Shown: positions 51,004 to 61,797 of the stretch, one piece after another | Numbering within the stretch: position 1 is the first letter of the stretch | Layout: every line of letters begins with the position of its first letter | Assembly (NCBI GenBank): GCA_002724555.1 | Contig: PBOZ01000030.1 | Location: forward strand, 7,799 to 71,798 | Reading direction: 5' to 3' | DNA: 64,000 bases | Source of the DNA: Rickettsiales bacterium | GTDB lineage: Bacteria > Pseudomonadota > Alphaproteobacteria > UBA8366 | Position numbers and translations under genes: made by a program | The notes under the pieces: model-generated | What the model was told of the DNA's origin: nothing | The model's database searches: none | What the model saw: the letters and a program-made list of their open reading frames with translations, nothing else

Positions 51004-51990
51004 TCAAATATCCAAAACAGCGAGATCATCTTGATCCGCGGCGTTGTAGTTCGCATCGTACCACCAAGTCATATAGTCGCTATAGGTGATTGGCGGGTAC
51101 CTCGGCGGGTTTCCATTATTGGTACAGGTTGGCAGACAGGCGATCTCCGTATTCAAATGTGGTCCCAGAAAAAAAGGAATTGCGTATCGATGTCGGTCGA
51201 CCGGTGGCAGCGCACGGTGCGGTGTCGAGAGATAACGCCCATTGCTCCATCGGTGCAGCGTATCTCCAGTATTTATAACGAACGAGTTTGGTACGTAGGG
51301 GACATCAAGCCACTTGCCGGGCGCCGTCGCAATCTGCAAACCCGGTACCTCTGATTGCGGCAAAAATGTCATGAAGTTCAAGTCTGTGTGCGGTGCTATG
51401 CCGTAAAGGCCCTCTGTGCGCTCAACAGGCGGATAGTGCGATAGCCGGAACGAAAACTGACTCTCTTCGAAGGGCTGTTCGAAGTAGTCGGCTTTAAGAT
51501 TAAGAGACAACGCCAGGGCGGGCATCAACCGTTTTGCCATCGCATCTATTACATCACAGTATTCTAGGACGTTCTCACGGAATCTCGGAAGATTTTCAGG
51601 CCAAATATTTGGCCCAGCAAATCGCCTTTTGGTCAAAACCAACGGGTCATCAGCCGGGCGTTCGCGCTTCAAAAAAAATGCTTCATTCGCATCCGGTTTG
51701 ACCGATTTTTCACTCACGCGCGACGTGCGAACGTTGTAACGTCCTTCCGCCATGTAACCGTTATTGTGTCCGTTCATCCGCAATGCGCGCTTTTCCTCTA
51801 TTGCCTGTGCATGGAAACGCCGGGCCTCATCGAAGGTTCGCGCGATGAGGCCCGGCGGGACACCATGATTAACGATTATCAAGAAACCAACATTCTCAAG
51901 CGCATGATTCAACGCACTTGCAACTCGACGCGCTCCGTCCAAACCATCGCGCAACGGCGCTAGATCAATCAAAGGAATGCCATCGCTCAC
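51004..51990 (-). CDS. Isopenicillin N synthase family 2OG-Fe(II) oxygenase
   Basis: GFL.IVNHG, HYPP, HTD, NTGD...WSNG and STPHR motifs; GTG start. Confidence 0.9.
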   Translation of the reverse strand: MSDGIPLIDLAPLRDGLDGARRVASALNHALENVGFLIIVNHGVPPGLIARTFDEARRFHAQAIEEKRALRMNGHNNGYMAEGRYNVRTSRVSEKSVKPDANEAFFLKRERPADDPLVLTKRRFAGPNIWPENLPRFRENVLEYCDVIDAMAKRLMPALALSLNLKADYFEQPFEESQFSFRLSHYPPVERTEGLYGIAPHTDLNFMTFLPQSEVPGLQIATAPGKWLDVPYVPNSFVINTGDTLHRWSNGRYLSTPHRALPPVDRHRYAIPFFLGPHLNTEIACLPTCTNNGNPPRYPPITYSDYMTWWYDANYNAADQDDLAVLDI

Positions 51991-52086
51991 ATAGGTTCTC
52001 CCGTAGATGTCGCAAATAGTGCGTTCTTGCCGCAAGCCAAACAAGCATCTTAAATTAACCAAGTAAGCTATATAGGAGCGAAAAAC

Positions 52087-52587
52087 ATGTCCGAACTAGA
52101 CGCCTGCCGCGGCCATGCGGTCGTCATGCAACCAGATGAAGGCCCTTCTTATTGGCAGCCAAAACCAGCCAATGGCTATTCCAGTCCAAAACTCTTTCCT
52201 GAGCTTACAAAATTCAACGGATTCTCAATGGGCTATCAATCGATCGCGCCGCATAGCAATATTCGGGCGCATTCACACACGGATCAGGTCGAGTTGCAGA
52301 TATGCTTCTCCGGTCGCGGCTATGTACTCGTCGACGGAAAGCGGCATGAGCTAGTGCCAGGGACCGCCTGTTTCATTGGACCAGATGTCACTCATGAAAT
52401 CTTTAACGATAGGGAGGAAGATCTGGTGCAACTCTGGGTGATCGGTCCTGCTGGGCTTGAAGATTTCTTTAAGACCATTGGCCGCGACCGCGCACATGGT
52501 GACGCCGCACCCCAGAATTTCGACCGTCCGGACGACGTCGCCACCATCGAGCGCCACATGGGATTTGATAAAACGGCGGCCAGCTAG
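52087..52587 (+). CDS. Cupin domain protein
   Basis: HSH...E and H metal ligands (AHSHTDQVE; VTHEI). Confidence 0.85.
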   Translation: MSELDACRGHAVVMQPDEGPSYWQPKPANGYSSPKLFPELTKFNGFSMGYQSIAPHSNIRAHSHTDQVELQICFSGRGYVLVDGKRHELVPGTACFIGPDVTHEIFNDREEDLVQLWVIGPAGLEDFFKTIGRDRAHGDAAPQNFDRPDDVATIERHMGFDKTAAS

Positions 52588-53798
52588 GCGAGCTGTCCCT
52601 GGCGCAATTTCAGGATTGTGAAAATCGCCAGCGCGTAAAGGCCGCCGATCACAAGAAATACTTCGTTATATAGCCCGCCATCCATCAAATAACCAAAATA
52701 TAGTGGCCCCAAGGCACCACCGAGATCCAGACCAGAATAGACGAAGCCGAATGTCTTACCCGATGCACCAGTGGGCGCGGCGCCTTTAACTAAAATATCG
52801 CGGGACGGCTGGGTAATGCCGCTCCAAAATCCAACGGCACACATAATGCCAATGATCATGGTAATCGACATGTCAAAGAGGCCAATGCTAAACATCAGAG
52901 CGGCTGCGAGCGCCAATCCACTGCTCGCAATTAGGGCAGGATAACGGAACCGGTCTGCAATCTCGCCACCCAATAAAATTCCGACGGCACCACCGAAAAA
53001 ATACGCCGTCACGCCAGCTGCCGCGAGATGCAGTGGGGTGTCGAAGCGCTCCACAAGCGCAGTCACCGTAAATCCCTGCATCCCAGCCAATGCCGCTGCG
53101 ACTAGCACAAAATAGAAGAAGGCCGACATCAAGGGGACGCTTGTAACGAGATTACGATAGAATTTGATATCCGCTTTCCCACCGCGCTCTTTCACGTGCC
53201 CTGGATTTTGGCGCGTTATCTGAAGGACAAAACGGTAACGCCAAATAAGCAGCGCTGCTGCAAGGCCAATAAGACCCGCAACGATCAGTCCAGACCGCCA
53301 ACCCGCAATACTGGTCACGCCGTAGTAGACGACAATCGGAGAGAAAAAATAGCCGCACGTGCCGCCAAATCCATGAATAGCAAACGCCCGCCCGAGGCGG
53401 CTTGGATGAACTTTTTGGGACAGGATCGATAGGTCAGCCGGATGAAAGACGCTATTGCCAAGCGCCGCTAGTGCCACAAGCGGCAGCAGCACCCAAAAAG
53501 CCGGCGCAAAGCCCATTAAGAGGACCGCGGTCGACATAACCACGACACCTAAAAGCATCAGCCGGTCGCCACCGTAGCGGTCAACTAAAATTCCTACAAA
53601 CGCCTGACACACACCAGACACGCCATAAAGAACGGATATCGTCAGGCCAAGTTCAGTATAACTTACACTGAATTCTTCTTTTAATAACGGGAAGAGTGGC
53701 CCAAGGACAACTTGATAGAAATGCGATAACAAATGTGCGAACGCAACCAAACTAATGACAAGCGTATCGGAACGTCCCGTAACTTGGGGGCCGGTCAT
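52584..53798 (-). CDS. MFS transporter (Fsr-like)
   Basis: SHFYQ, GNSVFHPAD and GFVYSGLDLG motifs; about 12 TM segments. Confidence 0.88.
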   Translation of the reverse strand: MTGPQVTGRSDTLVISLVAFAHLLSHFYQVVLGPLFPLLKEEFSVSYTELGLTISVLYGVSGVCQAFVGILVDRYGGDRLMLLGVVVMSTAVLLMGFAPAFWVLLPLVALAALGNSVFHPADLSILSQKVHPSRLGRAFAIHGFGGTCGYFFSPIVVYYGVTSIAGWRSGLIVAGLIGLAAALLIWRYRFVLQITRQNPGHVKERGGKADIKFYRNLVTSVPLMSAFFYFVLVAAALAGMQGFTVTALVERFDTPLHLAAAGVTAYFFGGAVGILLGGEIADRFRYPALIASSGLALAAALMFSIGLFDMSITMIIGIMCAVGFWSGITQPSRDILVKGAAPTGASGKTFGFVYSGLDLGGALGPLYFGYLMDGGLYNEVFLVIGGLYALAIFTILKLRQGQLA

Positions 53799-53920
53799 TT
53801 ACAATATCGTTGGCAAAGGTGATCCAGAAACAAAACTTTCTCCTCATATAGAGCGTTCGCTCTTCCCATCAGGATATTTTTCGATAAGGTCCTAAAAACG
53901 ATAATTCCAGGGAGCAATCG

Positions 53921-54556
53921 ATGGCAGAAGGTATCCAAGTACAAACCGTGGCGCACGTCGTTTTCGAAGGGTTTACGACACTCGATATGTATGGTCCGGT
54001 CCAAGCATTTGCCAGCTGCCGCGTCCCCGATGGCGAAGGTGGTTGGCATCGTTTCTTTAACCAATTCACCATAGGTTCCAAAACTAACGCTGTGAAATCA
54101 GGTGAGGGGCCCTTAACAATGGTCGACTACAGTTTTGAGGACGCGCCCGACTTTGATATTCTGCTAATCCCGGGCGGATTTGGAACCCGAGCGGCTGTCT
54201 CAAACGATGCCTTGTTGGGAAAGATCGCAGCAATGAGTGAAAAAGCGCGCGTTACCGCGACCGTATGCACTGGTTCCGCTGTCCTCGCGCGGACCGGCCT
54301 TCTCGACAGCCGCCCAGCAACATCTAATAAATTGGCTTGGGACTGGGTTCTGGAACAAGGTCCCCACGTTGATTGGAAACGACAGGCTCGTTGGGTCGAT
54401 GACGGCGATATCATTACTTCATCCGGTGTTTCTGCCGGGATCGATATGACCCTCGACCTGATTGCCCGCTTGCGCGGTGAGGAAACCGCCACTAATTCCG
54501 CAAAATTTATGGAGTACATCTGGAACCGAGTGCCTACCAACGACCCATTTTCCTAA
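53921..54556 (+). CDS. DJ-1/PfpI family protein (isonitrile hydratase-like)
   Basis: LDMYGP, PGGFGTR, VCTGS nucleophile and TSSGVSAGID motifs. Confidence 0.9.
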   Translation: MAEGIQVQTVAHVVFEGFTTLDMYGPVQAFASCRVPDGEGGWHRFFNQFTIGSKTNAVKSGEGPLTMVDYSFEDAPDFDILLIPGGFGTRAAVSNDALLGKIAAMSEKARVTATVCTGSAVLARTGLLDSRPATSNKLAWDWVLEQGPHVDWKRQARWVDDGDIITSSGVSAGIDMTLDLIARLRGEETATNSAKFMEYIWNRVPTNDPFS

Positions 54557-54617
54557 AAACCTAAAACATCGCCACAAAGATCGTCGCTCACATTCGTATA
54601 ACGAGGAGGCAAAGAAA

Positions 54618-55223
54618 TTGGAACGATCCCAGCAACTTCAAAAATTTCTTAAAGCGACCCAGAACGCGTTCTCGGCCTCTGGTGCAAAAATGGATGCACT
54701 AGTGGTCGCAGATAAGATTTTCTCAATAGCAGATGCAAAATCCGGCGTAGCGGCAAAACCAGATGCGGTTGAGTTACCCGCTTGTAAATACCTTGGCGTC
54801 GCTTTGGAAAGTGCTAAGGCGGAAGGCGGACCCATAGCGAATCTCGCTCTCGCACTTGAAGGCATTGCTCCTCATCTAAAGTGGGGCTTGCGTCCAAATG
54901 GCGAAAATGACGACGCGACGTTCAAAGCATGTCATGCAAATGCCGTTGTAGTTGGCAAAGATGGCCTCGAAGAACGTTACGATATCCGTATCGGCATGAG
55001 CCTATTGGCGCCCGAAACCAGGTATCCGGACCACCGTCATCCCCCAGAAGAAATATACACCGTCCTGACACCTGGCGAATGGAAACAAGGTACAGATGGC
55101 AAATTCAAATCGCCCGGTATTGGCGGTTTCGTTCACAACGTACCTAATATCGTGCACGGTATGCGTTCGAAGGATGTGCCGTTATTGGCCGTCTGGAGTT
55201 TATGGATGGGAGACAACGCATGA
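54618..55223 (+). CDS. DMSP lyase family (DddQ/DddL-like) cupin
   Basis: G.SLLAP..RYPDHRHPPEEIY and HN.PN..HGMRS...PLLA.W motifs; TTG start after GAGGAGG. Confidence 0.75.
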   Translation: MERSQQLQKFLKATQNAFSASGAKMDALVVADKIFSIADAKSGVAAKPDAVELPACKYLGVALESAKAEGGPIANLALALEGIAPHLKWGLRPNGENDDATFKACHANAVVVGKDGLEERYDIRIGMSLLAPETRYPDHRHPPEEIYTVLTPGEWKQGTDGKFKSPGIGGFVHNVPNIVHGMRSKDVPLLAVWSLWMGDNA

Positions 55224-56104
55224 GCCTTACATCACCAAATGATGCCCGCGTCACGCACCATTATGCCGACGTAGGAGATGTACTCTTACACTATGTAACG
55301 GCGGGCGATGGCTTCCCTGTCGTAATGATCCACGGGTATCCACAAACTTGGTGGGAATGGCGCCATCAAATCCCAGTACTGGGGGAAAAGTATACCGTAA
55401 TTACACCAGACATGCGAGGTCTTGGCGACAGTTCCCGTCCAATCTCAGGTTATGATAAAAAAACCATTTCAGACGATATTTGGCGTGTCGTAAACAGTGA
55501 ACTTGGGCATGAATCGTTCTATTTAGTTGGCCATGACTGGGGCGGACCAACAGCCTATGCACTTGCCGCGGCCCATCCAGAAGCGGTAAAGCGTCTCGTT
55601 ATCATCGACGTACCAATCCCCGGATGCGGCGGCGATTTCTCACAAGGCGGCCGCCGCTGGCACCATCAGTTCCATATGACACTCGATTTACCGGAAGCAC
55701 TCACCGCGGGACGAGAAGACATCTATCTATCGTGGTTCTATCGTACTTTCGCTTATCGCCCCGATGCGATCGACCAAACCGATCTTAAGGAATACGTGCG
55801 CACTTATTCGCAGCCCGGCGCTATGCGGGCCGGTTTCAACCTTTACCGGGCGGCTGTACAAGACGTTGAAGACAATCAGGCCAACATCGCACGACAAAAA
55901 CTGGCCATGCCGGTTCTGACCATCTCCGGTGGGAAAAGCTATCCCCACGCCCGCGGCCGAATAAGCGAGACCGAAGATTCATTAAAACGCGTGGCAACCG
56001 ATGTGCGAGGGGAAATCGCTCCAGAAAGCGGCCATTTCGTACCTGAGGAAGCGCCAGATTTCCTAAATGAGCGGCTTTTGTCGTTCTTCGCAGAAGACGA
56101 CTAA
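55220..56104 (+). CDS. Alpha/beta hydrolase (epoxide hydrolase/dehalogenase-like)
   Basis: HGYP, GHDWGG and SGHFVPEE motifs. Confidence 0.9.
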   Translation: MSLTSPNDARVTHHYADVGDVLLHYVTAGDGFPVVMIHGYPQTWWEWRHQIPVLGEKYTVITPDMRGLGDSSRPISGYDKKTISDDIWRVVNSELGHESFYLVGHDWGGPTAYALAAAHPEAVKRLVIIDVPIPGCGGDFSQGGRRWHHQFHMTLDLPEALTAGREDIYLSWFYRTFAYRPDAIDQTDLKEYVRTYSQPGAMRAGFNLYRAAVQDVEDNQANIARQKLAMPVLTISGGKSYPHARGRISETEDSLKRVATDVRGEIAPESGHFVPEEAPDFLNERLLSFFAEDD

Positions 56105-56123
56105 ACTGGGCAGAAGATTCGGT

Positions 56124-57269
56124 ATGCAAATATCCCTCGACCCAGAGCTTTGCGAAGCTATCGCCGCCGCCGCGGCTGGGATAGAAGGGACGCGCCGAAT
56201 TCCTGCTCACCTGATGAAGCGTATTCATAGTGCCCGGCTGGGCCGTATGCTCTTACCGCGTGCCTATGGCGGCGACGAAGTCGATCCCGGCCTCTATCTT
56301 AAAACCATCGAAGCCATTGCGCGGTGCGATGCCTCGGTCGCTTGGAACCTATTCGTAGCCAACAGCGCAGCCCTGATAGCTCCGCATTTAGAGCCCGAAA
56401 CAGCACGGACAATTTTCGCTCCGCCGAACGCGTTGGTCGCCTGGGGACCTCCCAATGCAACAATCGCGATCACAGAAGATGGAGGCTACCGTGTCACAGG
56501 ACGATGGGATTTTGCCAGCGGCTGCAGACAAGCAACCTGGATGGGCGTACATTGCCGTGTTCAAGAGCCGGACGGAACTCTCCGCCAGAACCAATTCGGT
56601 CAATCGGCGATCCTAACCATGCTTTTCCCTGCCGATGAAGCAGAACTTATCGACACATGGGACACTATCGGTCTGAAAGGAACAGCCTCGGATTCCTACA
56701 CCGTCGACAACCTTTTCATAAAAGAAGCCTTTACCGGCACCCGCGAAGCTCCTGAAGCGCGGCGCGATCCAAACCCACTCTATGCATTTCCTATGCAAGG
56801 CATCTACGCGGTTGGCGTCGCTGGCGTGGCCCTTGGGATAGCCAACGCCATGCTCGACGATTTCAAGGGGCTTGCGGATCACAAGACACCACGCGGCTAC
56901 AAAAAACTATCTGATAGTGCCACGATCCAGGCTGGTGTTGCCCAATCCGAGGCAAAACTCGGCAGCGCACGCGCATTCGCGCTCGAAACGTTAGCTGAAA
57001 TTTATAGCCGCGCCAGCTCCCAAGGAGCAATTGATATTGCAGACCGGGCCCGCGTCCGACTCACCACTGCCAACGCCATACATCTCGCTATTGAAGTCGC
57101 CGACTGGATCTACAAACAGGCGGGCGTCGATGCAATATTTGCGAATAGCGTTTTTCAACGCCGCTTTCGCGACATTCATACCTTATCACAGCAAATACAG
57201 TCCCGAGATGCGCATTTCGAAGCCGTTGGCCAAGTCCTCATGGGTCGCCCGCCTGAAGTCTTCTTTTGA
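56124..57269 (+). CDS. Acyl-CoA dehydrogenase-fold flavin-dependent monooxygenase (HsaA-like)
   Basis: GRWDFASGC, DTWDTIGLKGTAS and QRRFRDIH motifs. Confidence 0.85.
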   Translation: MQISLDPELCEAIAAAAAGIEGTRRIPAHLMKRIHSARLGRMLLPRAYGGDEVDPGLYLKTIEAIARCDASVAWNLFVANSAALIAPHLEPETARTIFAPPNALVAWGPPNATIAITEDGGYRVTGRWDFASGCRQATWMGVHCRVQEPDGTLRQNQFGQSAILTMLFPADEAELIDTWDTIGLKGTASDSYTVDNLFIKEAFTGTREAPEARRDPNPLYAFPMQGIYAVGVAGVALGIANAMLDDFKGLADHKTPRGYKKLSDSATIQAGVAQSEAKLGSARAFALETLAEIYSRASSQGAIDIADRARVRLTTANAIHLAIEVADWIYKQAGVDAIFANSVFQRRFRDIHTLSQQIQSRDAHFEAVGQVLMGRPPEVFF

Positions 57270-57408
57270 GCTTTTTGCCCCGGCCCTATAACCGCAAATA
57301 TTGCAAAATTTTAGAAGTGCTGGTGGTTTAAAATCACAACCTCTGCCTTCCGAAAGCCCCAAATGAATATGCCGGCTAATTAAGAGGCGAGAAAGGGGTT
57401 TTGGACCA

Positions 57409-58173
57409 TTAGCTATTCCACCACGGCATGTCGCTAAAGGACCGCATATCAATCTCATGCGTCCAGGTTGAGCGGTGCTGCTGAGAAATATGATAGTAGG
57501 TATCGGCGATCTTCTCAGGCAGCATGAGGCCGTCATGCTCACGCCCACGTGTCGCCCGCAAGTTCTCATATTTCTCAGGCCCCAGCATCTTACCTAACGT
57601 GTCTGGTGCGTCCACTGCGCCATCTACCACAATATGTGCAACATGAATCCCCTTAGGGCCTAATTCTGCATTCAGCGATTGGCACAACATGCGCCGTCCA
57701 CCCATTGAGGATGCATGGGAGTGCTGCCCCTTATTTCCTCGCACGGCCGCAGTCGCTGATGTAACAAGGATTGTGCCGCTGCCGCGTTCCTCCATAAGTG
57801 GACCAACCGTCGACACCGCTCGAAAAAGCCCAAACGTCGCCAAACGCCAACCCATTTCAAACGTCTTGTAGCTGGTCTCTTGAAGGCTCCGATTACCGAC
57901 TTGTGACCCCAGATTATAGACCAAGACTTGGATTGTTCCGATATCCGCCTCTACCTTGGCAATCAAGTTTTCAATACTGTCCGCGTCCACCGCATTCAAC
58001 AGAAAACCGGTCGCCGAGTTGCCTGCCTCCTCGATTTCGCGGACAATCTTGTCCAGACCCTCCTGGCCAGTGCGCCGGCACAATACCGCATGATAGCCCT
58101 CGCGTGCGAAACGCTTCCCGACTGTACCACCGATGCCGGCACCCGCACCAATAACAAGGCAAACTGGCTTCAT
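57409..58173 (-). CDS. Short-chain dehydrogenase/reductase
   Basis: GAGAGIG, SATAAVRG and HVAHIVVDG motifs; ATG after a GGGAG RBS (alternative GTG at 58209). Confidence 0.88.
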   Translation of the reverse strand: MKPVCLVIGAGAGIGGTVGKRFAREGYHAVLCRRTGQEGLDKIVREIEEAGNSATGFLLNAVDADSIENLIAKVEADIGTIQVLVYNLGSQVGNRSLQETSYKTFEMGWRLATFGLFRAVSTVGPLMEERGSGTILVTSATAAVRGNKGQHSHASSMGGRRMLCQSLNAELGPKGIHVAHIVVDGAVDAPDTLGKMLGPEKYENLRATRGREHDGLMLPEKIADTYYHISQQHRSTWTHEIDMRSFSDMPWWNS

Positions 58174-58208
58174 TTTATAATTGCTCCCATACTGTGTGGC
58201 GGTGACCA

Positions 58209-59363
58209 CTAAGCTCGTTGCTGGGCCTCCGCAAGTTTCCGTCTGTAAATCACCATTTTTTGTATTTGCTTTGTACCGTCACCAATATGCAAGCCCATGA
58301 CCTCGCGCAGGCGTTGCTGAAATGGCATATCCTTCGAATAACCACCGTGACCATGAAGCTGCAAACATTGATGAATGGTCTCAAACGCGATTTGCGGCGG
58401 CCACCATTTGCACATTGCCGCTTCCGCCGTATGCGGCCGACCTTGGTCTCGGAGCCATAAAGTTTTGTAGCATAGCAGACGAGCCGCTGTTAGTTGAGTT
58501 TCCGCAACAGCGAGCGGCTCAGTCACGCCTTGGTTCTCGGCAATTGGTTTGCCAAAAGCTTCACGTTCGAGGCTATAGGACCAAGTTTCATCCAACGAGG
58601 CTTGTGCCGGCGCTATACACTGTAGACCGATCAACGCCCGGGAAAAATCAAACCCACCCATAACTTGTTTAAAGCCCATGCCTTCGTCGCCAATCATGTT
58701 TTGCGCTGGCACCTCAACATCATCAAAGAATATGGAACCACGCCCTACAACGCCCGAGCCGACATCCGTAAAGGTCGTACGCCTGATGCCAGATTGATCT
58801 AGATCGACCAGAAAGGCAGTAATGCCATGGGCCCGTTCATCTTGGGTTCCGGTCCGAGCGAATACAATGCCAAGGTCTGCCTGATGCGCCATCGAAATCG
58901 ACGTCTTTTCGCCGTTCAATATAAAAGTATCGCCTTTGCGATTCGCACGAAGACGGATGTTCGCAGCATCAGAGCCTGCGCTTGGTTCGGTTAGAGCAAG
59001 GCAACTCGTCGTCCGGCCGCTACAAATCGCGGGGACGAACTTCTCAGACATTTCGCGAGAACCGTGCTCGGCTATAATCCCGGCATTCAGGGTATTCAAC
59101 AACAGTATGTAGCCGACATTAAGGTCTTCCCGCGATAAAGCCTCCATGACAATACCCTCTGTAACAAAGTCTTGTCCAAGACCACCAAGATCTTCCGGCA
59201 GCGATGTACCGATGAACCCAAGTTCACCCATCTCTAGGATCAGTTGCTTATCGAATGCCACTTGACCATCATGCGCCAGATAACCAGGCGCCAACCGCTC
59301 TGATGCAAAGCGCTGCGCTGCCTCTCGGATCGCCTCCTGGTCTTCCCTAAAATCAAAATCCAT
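58209..59363 (-). CDS. Acyl-CoA dehydrogenase, cyclohexanecarboxyl-CoA dehydrogenase-like
   Basis: LTEPSAGSD, NGEKTSIS, GFDFSRALIGLQC, AMCKWW and IGDGT motifs resemble AliB. Confidence 0.8.
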   Translation of the reverse strand: MDFDFREDQEAIREAAQRFASERLAPGYLAHDGQVAFDKQLILEMGELGFIGTSLPEDLGGLGQDFVTEGIVMEALSREDLNVGYILLLNTLNAGIIAEHGSREMSEKFVPAICSGRTTSCLALTEPSAGSDAANIRLRANRKGDTFILNGEKTSISMAHQADLGIVFARTGTQDERAHGITAFLVDLDQSGIRRTTFTDVGSGVVGRGSIFFDDVEVPAQNMIGDEGMGFKQVMGGFDFSRALIGLQCIAPAQASLDETWSYSLEREAFGKPIAENQGVTEPLAVAETQLTAARLLCYKTLWLRDQGRPHTAEAAMCKWWPPQIAFETIHQCLQLHGHGGYSKDMPFQQRLREVMGLHIGDGTKQIQKMVIYRRKLAEAQQRA

Positions 59364-59417
59364 GCTTCATCCGTTCTTTAGAGATATTTGCCAACCGGAC
59401 CGATCTCATGACGACTA

Positions 59418-60080
59418 CTACGCCGTTGTTATTGATGCACCACTTGCTTTTGTTTCCGCTGCCGTTCGGGTCGGCGGCGGCACGCGTACTCCACGTTGGC
59501 ATCCAGGTCGAGCTGCCATCGAAGCCATCCAGCGCTCGAGATGTGCCAGTCCGTCTGTCGGCACCCGCGCCCACTTATGACTTCGGATCCAAGCCCAATT
59601 CGCCATATCAGCGATGGTGTATTCATCCGCCAACCATTCGTGATCAGCGAGATGCCGGTCCAAAACTTCATAAAGACGACGGGTTTCATTGTGATACCGT
59701 TTGCGAGCCGCCGGCACATCTTCTGGGAAATAGCGTTCGAAAGCAACCGCTTGTCCCTGCATAGGCCCAATCCCGGACATCTGAAACATTAGCCACTGCA
59801 TTGCCGCATACCGACGCTTGAAGTCGCTCGGCATGAATTTTCCACTCTTCTCCGCGAGATAGAGCATGATGGCACCTGTCTCGAAGATGGTTAGGTCTTC
59901 CACATCGTGATCGACAATGACCGGTATCCGGCCATTCGGATTCATTTGGTAGAACCATTCCTCATGCTGCTTCCGCTCGCTGAGCTTCAGCACGATTGGG
60001 TTATAAGGCAATGCCATTTCCTCAAGGGCAATCGACACTTTCCATCCGTTCGGCGTTGCCGCCGTATATAAATCAATCAT
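59418..60080 (-). CDS. Glutathione S-transferase, Nu class (YfcG/YghU-like)
   Basis: TPNG, NPNGRIP and FQMSGIGPMQGQ motifs. Confidence 0.9.
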   Translation of the reverse strand: MIDLYTAATPNGWKVSIALEEMALPYNPIVLKLSERKQHEEWFYQMNPNGRIPVIVDHDVEDLTIFETGAIMLYLAEKSGKFMPSDFKRRYAAMQWLMFQMSGIGPMQGQAVAFERYFPEDVPAARKRYHNETRRLYEVLDRHLADHEWLADEYTIADMANWAWIRSHKWARVPTDGLAHLERWMASMAARPGCQRGVRVPPPTRTAAETKASGASITTA

Positions 60081-60081
60081 A

Positions 60082-60789
60082 TCACCAGGGCTCTTCAAAG
60101 GGTCGTATTTCATGTAGATAGGACCAAGTCGATCGCGGCTGATGGGCGATATGATAGACCTCCCCCGCAATCTCCTCTGGTTGTGCAAAAAACTTCGCTG
60201 GCTTGTCTGGCATGCTTTTCCGCACCATCGGCATGTCGATCATCGCATCGATGATGACATAGGCGACATGTACCCCCTGCGGCCCTAATTCACGCGCAAG
60301 ACTCTCGCCTAGAATGCGTTGTGATGCCTTCGTCGGTGCAAACCCTACAAAACGAGCGGTCCCCCGACGGGCGCCCGTATTACCCGTAATCACAATGGCA
60401 CCGCCGCCCGCTTCGACCATTGAAGGTCCGAAAGCCTGTGCCGTCATCAAGAGGCCCGTTGTGTTGGCCCGAAAATTCCGCTCGAAATCCTTTGGGTCTA
60501 GTTCGCTATAATGCTTAAAGGTCGCCAACGAAGCATTGTAGACAATCACCTTCGGGACACCCTGATCGGAATAAATTTGTGCTAACGTGCTTCGGAAACT
60601 CTCAATATCCGTTATATCCGCGGCATATGGCGCGGCATAGGTAATCTCATTCGCCCACGTATCGAGGCGTCCTTGATGCCGTGCGATCATCGATACCTTG
60701 TAGCCTTCAGCTACAAAACGGCGGACACAAGCAAGGCCAGTCCCGGCACCAACGCCCACGACGAGACAATGCGGACGATCCTTTATCAT
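60082..60789 (-). CDS. Short-chain dehydrogenase/reductase
   Basis: GVGAGTG, YNA, FAPTK and HVAYVIID motifs. Confidence 0.88.
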   Translation of the reverse strand: MIKDRPHCLVVGVGAGTGLACVRRFVAEGYKVSMIARHQGRLDTWANEITYAAPYAADITDIESFRSTLAQIYSDQGVPKVIVYNASLATFKHYSELDPKDFERNFRANTTGLLMTAQAFGPSMVEAGGGAIVITGNTGARRGTARFVGFAPTKASQRILGESLARELGPQGVHVAYVIIDAMIDMPMVRKSMPDKPAKFFAQPEEIAGEVYHIAHQPRSTWSYLHEIRPFEEPW

Positions 60790-60960
60790 ATTTGCACCTT
60801 CCACATTTGATCGAGTGAGTTATGTTCTGCGTCCCTGGGTCGATAAACGACTTTGGTCGATACACCCAAGTTTTCAACGGTTGCAAAAATCCAGTAAACA
60901 TTACCCACAGCCCGATTTATGTTAGCTGTCGATCAAACCTAACCAAAAATGTGCAAACAA

Positions 60961-61779
60961 ATGAAAACACTTCACGTTAACGAATACGACATGGCCTATC
61001 TCGATATTGGAGAGGGATTGCCGATCATCTGCATACACGGCTCACTCAACGATTTTCGGGCTTGGAACGCTGTATTAGGACCTTTTTCTGCTTCCAATCG
61101 ATTAATCGTGCCAAGTATGCGCCACTATTTCCCGGAGCAATGGAACGGGCAAGGTGGCCATTTTCGAATGGATCAGCACATCGAAGATACCATCAGCTTT
61201 ATTGAAGAATTGGACCTGGGCCCTGTCAACCTCATTGGGCATTCGCGCGGCGGCCATATTTCGTTTCGTGTTGGGCTTCAAAGGCCTGATCTCATTCGAA
61301 AGCTGGTCTTGGCGGAACCTGGTGGCACGTTAGAAGAAGACCTGATGCCGGCGGATGCCGCAATGCTGTCCGAGGGTGCCGGCTCACGTGCACATGTCGC
61401 CCAATCAGCAAAACGGATTGCGGCTGGCGACCTTGAAGGCGGACTTCGAAATTTTATCGATGGGATCAATGGGCCCGGTGCCTGGGAAAAGCTACCGCTG
61501 GTGGATCGACAAATGCGTGCAGACAATGCGTATACGTTACTGGCTCAAGTAAATGAAGGCCGCCGCCCTTATTCGAAAGCCGACGCGGAGGCTTTGTCTC
61601 TTCCAACTCTATTTATCGGTGGCGCAGATACGACAGGCCTATTGCCAGTTGTCTTGCAGGCCCTGGCCGGGCATGCACCCCATGCGGAGATCGCCATCAT
61701 TCCTAACGCAGGCCACAGCATGTTTCGACAACAACCTAAAGCGTTTTGCGACGCGGTATTAACGTTTCTTGCAGTTTAA
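60961..61779 (+). CDS. Alpha/beta hydrolase
   Basis: HGS, GHSRGG and AGH motifs (alternative start 60949). Confidence 0.88.
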   Translation: MKTLHVNEYDMAYLDIGEGLPIICIHGSLNDFRAWNAVLGPFSASNRLIVPSMRHYFPEQWNGQGGHFRMDQHIEDTISFIEELDLGPVNLIGHSRGGHISFRVGLQRPDLIRKLVLAEPGGTLEEDLMPADAAMLSEGAGSRAHVAQSAKRIAAGDLEGGLRNFIDGINGPGAWEKLPLVDRQMRADNAYTLLAQVNEGRRPYSKADAEALSLPTLFIGGADTTGLLPVVLQALAGHAPHAEIAIIPNAGHSMFRQQPKAFCDAVLTFLAV

Positions 61780-61797
61780 AACCCATTCGTCAGCCGC

